Assembly: GCF_006345805.1 (NCBI RefSeq)
Contig: NC_043006.1
Span: 105,090,001 to 105,154,000, forward strand
Direction of reading: 5' to 3'
Origin: Octopus sinensis
Lineage: Eukaryota
DNA: 64,000 nucleotides
The position numbers and the translations under genes are program-made. This document shows, in pieces, positions 53,180 to 64,000 of the stretch (positions are counted from its first letter, which is position 1; each line of letters opens with the position of its first letter). A model generated the notes under the pieces. The model did no database searches and was not told the origin of the DNA. It saw nothing but the letters and a program-made list of their open reading frames with translations.

Positions 53180-54407
53180 CAGCAATTTAACTACGTGTGT
53201 ACCGTTGGCGGTTTCTATTTCCTCTTCGGACTTTTCCTTTTTTTTCTTCTCCGACCAAGAGCTACCCTCGAAGCATCAAACTCTCTCCTTTCACCGAGTC
53301 TCAAACTAATACATTTCTTGTGCACGTCACCGTCCCCGTTCGTTTTCTTTTTTTCGTATTTATTCATTTTTTATTCGTATATTTGAACTGCTTGTTTATT
53401 TGAATTCGTTATATATTTGTATATGTGGGTCTGCATATATGTATATATATGTTTATATATATATGTACGTTTGTATGTGTGCATATACCTACTGGTGTCA
53501 TAATCATATATATATAGATACGAATTTACGCATTCATATTTGAATAGGTCCTTGCTTATTTGACTAGGTCTGAGTCTATGTCTATACGTATATGGGAGCG
53601 TGTGCATGTCTATCTGTTTATATAGACGCTTAAAATACTGATTGTTTATGTGTGATAGTGTGCGAAGCAAAAGTCATGTTTTTTTCTAATGCGTCTATAA
53701 GGGAAATGCGTCTATTTGAAAACTCACTGTATCAATTATAGCTAATGTGTATATATAGATGATTTGGCTCTAAGTTTATGATGTAGTATGTTTGCCTGTC
53801 GTATCGGTCTGCCTCTCTGTCTCACAATCATTCAGTATGTATGTATGTATATATGTATGTAAACATGTATGTATATATGTATGTATAATTTTATGTCATA
53901 TTTATACATGTATATAGATATATGTATATTCAATTATTATACAATTAGTTTTATAGTGGCTTCTACAGTCAAATGGGGCATTACTCTAGTTTTCTTTCCT
54001 CTCTTTGCATTTTCCGTGTCTTTTTCACGCTCCTAATTTTGCATCAACTTTCTTGCTTTTTTTCTCGTGATTTCTGATGTACCACAACCCTGTTTCTCAA
54101 ATAGAACAGACCATGTGTACAGAGCCTGGAAATTACTTGGAGACACAAGCCGTGTTATGAATACCTGCATAGACACGTGTCTTCACAGCAAGGAACTTTT
54201 AGTAAGTCGTATCTCTATACTGTGTACATTAAATTATACACAAATAAACAAACAGTATTTAAGCGTCTATATAAACAGATACACATACACACGCTCCCAT
54301 ATACGTATACACATAGACGCAGACATAGTCAAATAAGCAAGGACTTATTCAAATATGAATGCGTAAATTCGTCTATGACACCAGTAGGTATATGCACACA
54401 TACAAAC

Positions 54408-54490
<83 letters not shown>

Positions 54491-54700
54491 GTGCATACCT
54501 ACATATATACATACATTACTTGGAGACACATGCCGTGTTACGAATACCTGCATAGACACGTGTCTTCACAGCAAGAAACTTTTAGTAGTAACTCGTATCT
54601 TTATACTGTATACATTAAAGTATACACACATACACACACACATACACACACGCACACACATACACAGGCATATATACCCATATACCCTAAGGAACTGCCT
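53180..54700. mobile_element. divergent H2-like element followed by inverted (~185 bp) and direct (~110 bp) duplications
   Basis: Inverted repeat at ~53459-53650 versus 54241-54418. Direct repeat at 54132-54241 versus 54515-54627. Confidence 0.65.
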
Positions 54701-55499
54701 TGTGCGTTTGAGCCCAAGACTACATCAAGGTTCTTAAGACAGAGCCACTCATGTATAACTTTATAAATTATATGTACTAAACTTCCATATTCCATCAACT
54801 GTTCCGTACTTCATACACGCTGTCGTCATATCATATATGCTATAATTAAATGTTATTTTCCCATTTTTACATTTTGTTATACCTCATAAATGAAATTTGT
54901 GATATTTGCAAAATAATGTCTGCCTTTTAAAATAGAAGTAAGAACAAAATTCTATCAATTTTTTAACTGATACAAATCGAACTCACATTCTAATTTCGAG
55001 GAAGCAACAACGAAGATTGATTGTATAGACATAATGACTCAAATATTTCTTTATTATTTTTCTGTTCTACTTCTTCGTAATTTTTCTTGTGTTTTATGCA
55101 CAATACATTGCACTTATAATCTGCTGGCTCTCCTACTTTTACGATCAGGAATGCATTTTCTTTGTTCTTTACTGCCATAGAATGTTATATATAAGAATAA
55201 TTGGCGGCAATTTCCCGATACTTCAAGAATTCCCGTGGGAGAGGAACAAGTGTACATGTGTAGCATTTAACTTGTTTACTAAATTATTATACAATTCAGT
55301 CAGGCGCCTGCGCGGAGTTGTTTTCATAATTTGCCGTCTGCTTTGTTCATCGAAAAAGCATTAAAAAACCGTCTTTGTTAAGACAATGGTGTTTTTGTCT
55401 ATACAGTTGTGTCCTTATCAAGATAATGGTGTCTATCAGCACACTAGTGTTCTAATTGAACCATAAACGTTTAGTTATGCGCACACTAACAGTTATACA

Positions 55500-56450
55500 C
55501 ATACACACTCATACACACACATGTATGTATTAGTGTCTTTATTTATGGGAAATTATAAATAAAAAGTTAAGATTAATTGATGGATCGCTCAATACTTTTA
55601 GTAGCCTACATACTTCTAATTTTTCTCAAGGAAAATGTTGACAGTGACTTCCAAGTTTCGACATTCTAGTCTTCATCAGACTGTGATTTATAATAGTCTT
55701 CCTGGCATTATATATGATCTTTGGCGAGTTGCTTTTTTGGAAGGTGGAATAATGTGGATGAATATGTGATGTCACGTGGGCAGGTAGCAGTAGTTATGTC
55801 GGAAGGGATGTTGGGCTGTACAAGAGGAAAGCATGTCTTTGAAAGGTGTGGATTAAGAAAAAGGGATGGAGTTGTTTGGTTTGATACGGGATATTTATTA
55901 TTGTTTGTTTATAGATGGATATCTATGTGAGTAAATTTTATCGGGTTTTCTTTTGGCACATATGCCATTTTCAGATACAAATCTGTGTTGACGTTTTCTT
56001 CCCATAGATAAAGATTCCTTGTATAAAGGATGGCATTTTTCTGTTTTACGGTTCATAGAAGAATAGTTATACGTAATGCCGGTCGAATTTGTCACGGATC
56101 ATAGGTGGAAGAGAAGTAAACCTTAGTGTTGAAGTTAGAATCTCTCTCTGTAAATATATGTGTGGGAATGTGCTTGCACTTTACTCTGATGGATGGTGTA
56201 TAGTCTCTTTCACTAGTAATTATAGAGAAGGCATTAGTTGGATAAAAAATCTGTATGTGAGCTTGAAATAGCATAGGCATGTCCCGAAGTCAAAACTAGT
56301 CTTATAAATCACATATATATAACATAGTGTCTCATAAATTATATTATAAACTATATACAATATATGTATGGCCACATTACATAGTGTAGAATCACAAATG
56401 TAACACCTCAACAAATAATAGTAACTTCACGGCCTGAATATGTTTGATGA
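55500..56450 (-). mobile_element. probable degraded PLE 3' end
   Basis: A canonical HHR sits ~140 nt from a microsatellite-abutting end. There are weak GIY-YIG-like remnants upstream (YVIYK, PLYK). Confidence 0.45.
55641..55684 (-). ncRNA. type I hammerhead ribozyme with GUC site
   Basis: ACAGT-CTGATGA-A-GAC/TAGAAT/GTC-GAAA-CT/TGGA/AG-TC^ACTGT. Confidence 0.88.
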
Positions 56451-57797
56451 TAAGATTTCTTAATCAAGTCTAGCTCAGGGTTAAACAACTACAACAATAA
56501 TAAACAATCTCCTCTCATTCCGTTAATTACATCTGATGCCTCTAGTGCTGTTTCAAATTTTCTAACCACCAGCATCAATTTGATATCTCTGAGCGTATCT
56601 ATCTCACATTAATCCTACTCACAGTGACAGCGTTTTCTTTGGTTACTGTTATGTCCACACAGTTTTATTTCTCCCACGCATGACACCTATGATTGCACAA
56701 AAGACACCCTGAAACCATGTGGCAGTGTGCGTTTTACCTAAACGTATCACTGATTAATGAAGAGACTGTCCAGATGACCTTCATTATTTTCATTAGCTCC
56801 TATAGACAATGTCTTACAATTATCTGATCGTCAGACCACTGCCTTATAAATTCACTCATTATACACAATATACGTCTACATTCTACACCACAGCTATCAT
56901 TACTTAATGCTTGTATCAAATCACATAACAAATCATAGTGCTGGAAGAATTCCGCTGAATGTCTTTGGTAGTTAATGTGTTTGAGAAAGCATTCCTCCAT
57001 ATATGCCCTCTAAAATCCCCCACCCAGTGCGAGCCCGCACCTACAAAACCATACGAAACTTCTCAATTAATTTCTCAGAATACAGTCTAAAAACCAGAAA
57101 ACTCCGGCAATTTGTAGGATTTCCGCAAGCACTCAACTATTTGGAGTCTTCCATCTTGAAAACAAAAAAATAATGTATTACTCCGCACAAAAAATTCTTA
57201 CGCCCACTAATTCTATCTGCACCACTTGGAATCCCAGCACTCCCTTATTAGGGTGACTCTCATCGCATTTCCCACATATGTACTGCTTGTGCCGCTGACA
57301 ACTTCATAATACACATCGTGAGCGCAGAATTTTCCTTTCAATTTATAGACTAAGTAAGGACGAATGGTTAAGTATTTTGCTTCGTAACCATGAATTGTAT
57401 AACTTCTTGATCAACCAGTATACTGTGTGGTTGAAGTTGAATAACCAGAAATTGTATAGATAGTATGGAGAGACAGAGTTAGGTGGAGAAAGAGCAGAAA
57501 CTGTGGCAGTAATTGCTTAATAGTTGGGCATGGAAGGCATAGCTGACCTTTGTAGAATTTGAGGTCAGAAAGTATTGAGCTGGAACAAATACTGTGGTCT
57601 GTGGTATCATTTGAGTTGACCATATAAATATATAACCGACGTGTAATCATTAGTAATCGTCATCAAAAAAGTGACAGGGTTAAATCTACGAATTATTGGC
57701 GCGGCTTTAGCACAATTTCCATATTTATCCCAACTTAAAATTGAATGTAGAGTTCCAAAACGGAATACTACGGCACTTACCATGGGAGAAAAACTTA

Positions 57798-58100
57798 TAT
57801 TGGCTTTTGGCGCATATGAACACTTTTGTTTATATCGCTAGCGGGGAGATAAATCGCCCGCCATCGCCACTGCTGTGAGCACCAGCTCATGTGATTTCGG
57901 CCTTCCCGGGTCTTGTCAATGGTAGACGCTCGAACGCTGGATATAGCAGCGAGATCTCTGCTAGCGATATACAAAGAATCAGGCACATATGTCGTGAATA
58001 ACCAGTGGGTTGACAAAGCCAGATAAGGCCGAAATTATGTGACCCGATAGTCAGCGCTAGCGATATAAAGAAGAGTGCTTATATGCACCTAAATCCAATA
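57798..58100. mobile_element. TA-flanked MITE with ~47-bp imperfect TIRs
   Basis: TATTGGCTTTTGGCGCATAT...TTTATATCGCTAGCG pairs with CGCTAGCGATATAAAG...ATATGCACCTAAATCCAATA. Further internal inverted blocks are present. Confidence 0.75.
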
Positions 58101-59234
58101 CGAGATCTTCTCTCGTGGTAACTGCCACAGTATTTTGTGTTCTAACACAGCATCCACTTTTAAATAGTAATAAATATTACGTTTTGGTTTTAATATTGCT
58201 TCTGTCACTAATAATTAACTTACATATATACAATTCAATCAGAAGCGCTACGTCTACCAAAGCTCAAAGGGAGTGCGATAGGCTTGTGCCCAGAACCTTT
58301 CGACTACAAAGAGGTTTTCTTCATCACACGGGTATACATACATATATCTCATTATAGTATATTGCTAAGTTTAGCGATCTCTTAACCTAAGAATTGTTTC
58401 TTTAAAAGAGGGTTTTCAAATTATTCCTCATAGAATAAAATATTAATTTTCACTTCATTTTCCAACTTGCAAAATCGCAATGCATCTTCTTTCTACCAAT
58501 TCTGCTATCAGAATATTTTTTCCTATACTTTGGATTCTCTAATTATAAACAAGCATCAACTGATATATTTCGAAATTAGATAAAATCGCTTCAGACATTT
58601 TTTTGTTAAGTACTGACGCACGCATACAAACACGCGTACACCCACATACACACACACATATTTATAATTATACGTATAAACACAGACATCAATACGCGCG
58701 CGCGCACGCATTCATACATGCAGGCATACCGGCCGTAACAAATTAAATATACAGAAATTCTATCGAGAAGATATACATCATATATGGTATAGGTTTGAAT
58801 TAATGTAAAATGAAGCTCAGGCTATAATGAGGAGATAAACTGTTTGTATATCGTACATATATTTACATAAATATACACACGCACATACAGACACGAACGC
58901 ATACACAGACACGAACGCATGCTCACACACGTACATACACACAAGCACACAAACATAGATATGCTTAGCTACATGTATACGAGCATACGCATAAGTATAC
59001 AGGAGTCTACGATGTATATGGCAATTTCTCTTATTATGTAGAAATGGTTTTATATTGAACGTTGATTTAAACGTAAGGTTTCCAAAGTAAATATTAACGG
59101 TATTTCGGAGTAAGAATCCGTTCAGTTCTCATCGATAACTCCCAGATTGTCAGCTATCGTAATTGATACAGAGCCGGGTATTAAGTATCTACGCTATAGT
59201 TTAGGTATATGCGACGTCTACACAGCTACACTTT

Positions 59235-59555
<321 letters not shown>

Positions 59556-59710
59556 AAAAAAAAACATTCAGATATATATATATATATATATACGTTTACG
59601 TAATTGAGATTCAAGTGAATTCTAATGAATTCACATGAATATGGTCCTTAACTAGAATGCACCGGAAATCTATATGGTGTTAACCATACGACAAGTGGGG
59701 TGATTACAAA

Positions 59711-59883
59711 TAGGAAAAAAGCAACAAGAATGGATTAAAATCTCGGTACAATCGTTTCGTACGAGAACATCTTTAATAAGCATTTTTTGTAGCATTTTTT
59801 GCATTTTTTGTAGCTTATTAAAGATGTCCTCGTACGAAACGATTGTACCGAGATTTTAATCCATTCTTGTTGCTTTTTTCCTA
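59711..59883. repeat. 71-bp inverted repeat of an HHR 3' half
   Basis: Arms at 59711-59781 and 59813-59883 contain GAAACGATTGTA. They share AAGCAACAAGAATGGATTA with 22226-22244. Confidence 0.85.
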
Positions 59884-60123
59884 TATATATATATATATAT
59901 ATATATGAATGTTTGTTTTTACGTTCAGTTATGATAAAACAATTTTACATTAATATAAGGTGTTAATCTATACTTTGGTAGAGTACAAATTTATTATTCT
60001 TAGAAAATAATGTTGTTGCCAGTGACTTCACAGTTTCGGCTAGCTAACACATCGTCGAGCGATGGCTTAGTTGGCCGAAACTTCGAACTCACTGACTGTC
60101 AACATCATTATCGCGTATGTATG

Positions 60124-60165
<42 letters not shown>

Positions 60166-60309
60166 CGCAGGAGCGGGTGTGTGGTTCCGAGTTCAGTCTG
60201 ACTGCGTGCCACTATGGGCAAGTGTTTTCTGCTATAGTCTCGGGCCGACCAAAGCCTTGTGAGCTGATTTGGTAGACGGAAACTGAAAGAAGCCCGTCAT
60301 ATATATATA

Positions 60310-61606
60310 CGAGGGACGTTCAATAAGTAATGCTCCTGACCCACTTGTAGCTGTTTGATCTAGCTGAAAGTTTGCATGTGCAATTATTTGTATCTCTATA
60401 GATTAAGTGGCAAATTACAGCTCTAAACTAATTGTGGTTTCTGATTTACAGGTGTTTGAACTGAGTCAAGTGTGAAATGGAGTCTGTTGAGTGTCGAGCA
60501 GTGATCCGGTTTTTGTATTTCAAAGGACGCACACCACGGAAGACTTTTGATGAAATGAAAGTAACTTATGGTGATGATGCCCCATCATATGACCTTGTAA
60601 AACACTGTCATCGTGAATTCAAACATGGTCGGAACTCTGTGGAAACAGCTCCCAGATCTGGTCGCCCCCACTTCTGCCATTGATGAGGTATTTGTCCGTC
60701 AAGTTGAGGCTGCCATTTTGGAAGATCGACCGACGCATAACTATTCGCCAAATAGCCCATGAGGTCAAGATTAGTACCGGGTTTGTGGAAACTATCATTC
60801 ATGACCATTTGCATATGCAAAAGGTGTCTGCCAGATGGATTCCCAGGTTGCTCACACCTTTCCAGAAGCAAGAACGCGTCGAGTGCTCGAGGATGAATTT
60901 GGAGATGTGCCAAGAAGATGAGTCAAAATTTTTCAAAAGACTGATTACACAGAAAGAAACCTGGGTTCATCACTATGACCCAGAGACCAAAGCCCAGTCA
61001 ATGCAGTGGAAGTACCGTGACTCACCTCCTCCAAAGAAGGCAAGGGTGCAGCCCTCCGCTGGCAAGGTCATGCTCACAGTCTTCTGGGACCAGGACGGAG
61101 TAGTGATGACAGATTTCCTGGCAAAGGGTACCACAATTACATTAGCCTATTATGCTTCCCTTTTGAGGAAATTAAGAGAAGCTATCAAAATCAAGAGACT
61201 TGGTAAGATCAGCAAAGGCATCCTCCTCCTGCAGGACAACGCTCCGGTCCACAACTCGCGTGTCGCCAGATCAGAAGCACATGCGTGCGGCTATGAACTC
61301 CTCCCCATCCCCCCTACTCTCCTGACCTTGCACTCTCTGATTTTCACCTCTTCCCAGCCATGAAGTTATTTTTGAAAGGAAAGCGTTTCCCAGATGATGC
61401 AGCCTTGATTTCTAAAGTCACGTCGTGGTTGGAGGACCAAGCTGGGGTCTTCTATAAAAACGGTCTCCAGAGCTGCATCAAACGATGGGAGAAATGCGTA
61501 ACTCTGGTTGGTTATAATGTAGAAAGAGACTAACACCTGTGCTAAGTTTCGTTGCTCTACTGCTATGGGAAGTGGGTCAGGGCCATTACTTATTGCACGC
61601 CCCTCG
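60310..61606 (+). mobile_element. full-length mariner transposon (1297 bp)
   Basis: TA TSDs at 60308-09 and 61607-08. TIRs of ~36 bp: CGAGGGACGTTCAATAAGTAATGCTCCTGACCCACT and AGTGGGTCAGGGCCATTACTTATTGCACGCCCCTCG. Confidence 0.96.
60477..61533 (+). pseudogene. mariner transposase, frameshifted
   Basis: Motifs RAVIRFLY, RSGRP, VSARWIPRLLT, ITQKETWVHHYDPETK (D1 reads K), LQDNAPVH, YSPDLA.SDF, KRWEKCV. Three frameshifts. Confidence 0.93.
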
Positions 61607-61615
61607 TATATATAT

Positions 61616-62702
61616 TGTTGTGGTTCAATTTGAGGACAGTTGACGGCGACCTACATTTGGCAATGAATCCATTGTTCTGCCAGATGCAGGTTGATTAATT
61701 AGCTCTGGGGAAACTCCCCGACCCCGTCAGGTGAATTAGAGTTCAGTGTGTGAGAGACAGTGAGAGAAATGTTGAGTGCTGAGAAAGACAGATTAAGGAA
61801 TCTGGGGGCTTGTCATGAGAGATACAGTAGAGTGAGAGGATGAAGGGCTGAGAAAGACAGATTAAGGAATCTGGGAGCTGTCATGAGAGATGACAGTAGA
61901 GTGAGAGAGGATGAGGGGCAGAGGAAGACAGGCAGAGAGTATTGCAGAGCTAAGAGAGAGAGAGTGATTGCGACAGAGCTAAGAGAGATTGGGGGTAGTG
62001 AGGTTTTGGCAGTCGGTATTTGGAAGTCAAGGCAAGCGGTTGGATTTAGCGTTGAGGATTTGGTATTCAAGGCAAGCAGGTTAGCAAGTTGGATTTAGCA
62101 GTGCTAAGAGAGATGAGGTACAATATGAGACATTGGCTATTATAGTAGGAACTACGGTACGTAAATTGTTGTATTGATATATGAAGAGAAAGAAGGAAAA
62201 AGAATCGATGTATTGAAATGTGTAAAGACATTGTGTACAGAGTTGTTGAAAAGAATTTAATGACCAATGTGAACTGTGTTGATATGTGTTACAGAACTGT
62301 GTAATGAACATTGAACTGATATACCTTTAATGTCCTTTGAACTGTAACGTGAATTGTTGTGATTTGATCATTGTATAATGTATTGAACTGTTCTGATTGG
62401 ACCGTAACGTATCGTGAACATTATTTGATCTGAACATTGTTGTCTATGAACATTGTATATTGTATCTGCATGTTGTTTTCTTTAAATGCTTTGATGTATC
62501 TGATATGTAATTGATGTTGTAACAATTGTAATAGTCATATAAACTAGTACGTTAAATGCGAGCCAATTGCCTTCTTTGTGTCTCTCTCGATTGCCTCTGT
62601 GTCTCTTCTTGCGGCGGTGGTTGTTGTTGCCTCTCTTTCCTCTCCGAGTTTCCGTGGCGAGCTTTTGCTGATCGACCGAGCGACGGCAGGTGGTCCGTAA
62701 CA
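61616..62702 (+). mobile_element. probable solo LTR (1087 bp)
   Basis: Termini TGTTGTGG...CCGTAACA. ATAT on both sides, though within TA repeats. Internal 69-bp tandem duplication at 61778-~61917. No ORF. Confidence 0.7.
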
Positions 62703-62761
<59 letters not shown>

Positions 62762-63024
62762 TATATGTGTGTGTGTGTGTATGTGTATATGTATATATAT
62801 ATGTGTGTGCATATGTGTTTGTGTGTCTGTGTTTGTCCCCCACCATTACTAGACAAACGACGTTGGTGTGCTTACGTCCTCATAGCCTAGCGGTTCGGAA
62901 AAAAGACCGATGAAGTAAGTACTTGGCTTACAAAGAATAGGTCCTGGGCTCGATTTGTTCGACTAAAGGTGGTGCTCCAGCAAAGCCGCAGTCAAATGAC
63001 TAAAACAAATAAAAGAATATATAT

Positions 63025-63035
63025 ACAGGGAAAGC

Positions 63036-63078
<43 letters not shown>

Positions 63079-63110
63079 GGATGGATAGATAGATAGATTG
63101 ATAGATAGAT
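63025..63110. repeat. (GATA)n; resumes at 63879-64000
   Basis: Directly visible. Confidence 0.95.
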
Positions 63111-63112
63111 AT

Positions 63113-63878
63113 GTTTCTTTATTAGCCACACAGGGCTGCACACAGATAGAACAAATTACAAGGTAGAGCTTTTCTTTTGAAGGTTTAAAAAAAAAAGGAA
63201 AGGGGGGAGTTTCGATCAAAAGGGATCGTAAAAGGAGAGAAAGAGGACAAAAAAGGGGGGTTAAAAAAAGGGGGGAGAGGAAAAAAAATTGATCAATAGG
63301 GATCGTTATCACAGAAATGTCAATATGAAGTGTAAAGGGGAGGACAAGTGAGGTTTACCCGTGGAAAGAAAAGCCTACGGAAAAGACCACGGTAACCTCG
63401 GTCAATGGAGTCACATGTTATATTTCTTTTTATTTTTTTGCGAATAAGCAACTCTCTGTTTTCAATTTCTGGGTTCATAGGATCATGCTCAAGGTGGCTT
63501 CGTCATTCATACGTGCCATTCTTGCTACATTCACCCATCTTTTTTTAAAATATTCGCTAGACAAAACTTGCCTCTCTACTCTCACTTTCCTTTTCAAGTG
63601 GTACTTGAAGAAGTTGATGAGAGATTGACCAGAGAGGAAAGTGTTTGTCTCCAATCCTTTCAGACGCGTCCACCAGATACATTCTTTCGCCATAGCCACA
63701 AGGATGATGAAAATAGCTCTTCCTTCCCCTTTGAAGGAAGGAGGCGTGACAATATTGACGATAGACTCAGCTGATAAACCGACTCGTCCCACACGTGACA
63801 GCAGTTGTTCGACATAAGCCCACAGGTCGGAAATTGTTGGACACTGAACGAGTGCGTGCAGAACGGTTTCGTCGCTCT
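63113..63878 (-). mobile_element. L1/Tx1-like LINE 3' end inserted in (GATA)n
   Basis: Translation DETVLHALVQCPTISDLWAYV (zf-RVT-like HxxxxC), AKECIWWTR...FFKYHLKRKVRVER...RW. The 3' UTR ends GGCTAATAAAGAAAC, running directly into (TATC)n. Confidence 0.75.
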
Positions 63879-63890
63879 AGATAGATAGAT

Positions 63891-63921
<31 letters not shown>

Positions 63922-63922
63922 T

Positions 63923-63988
<66 letters not shown>

Positions 63989-64000
63989 GGATGGATAAAT

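Larger units (their letters stand above)
60163..63015 (+). mobile_element. AB SINE split by nested mariner and LTR insertions
   Basis: Head at 60163-60300. Resumed (TA)n(GT)n at 62703-62820. Tail at ~62820-63015. Confidence 0.8.

Overview
AT-rich eukaryotic intergenic/intronic DNA. It is almost certainly octopus, inferred from the recurring tRNA-derived SINE families and dense (TA)n/(GT)n/(GATA)n tracts. I recognise no host protein-coding exon; most ORFs in the track are microsatellite translations. The window is a transposon graveyard. DNA transposons: a dead piggyBac, a full-length mariner, mariner and maT (DD37D) fragments, and MITEs. Retroelements: R4/Dong, RTE, CR1 and Tx1/L1-like LINE remnants, a probable solo LTR, and four SINE families. 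The main signal is a hammerhead-ribozyme (HHR) / Penelope-like element (PLE) system. A 7.6-kb PLE insertion at 38.7-46.3 kb carries a truncated RT, a CxCx5Cx5C linker and a GIY-YIG endonuclease. It has 1.43-kb inverted arms, each with an identical minimal type I HHR. Two other HHRs with intact cores lie at 16130-16180 (+) and 55641-55684 (-). One HHR has a 60-nt helix II (22247-22337). Several ~200-bp microsatellite-embedded non-autonomous elements carry variant or decayed HHRs. All HHRs were folded by eye, none was tested, and repeat boundaries are approximate unless stated.
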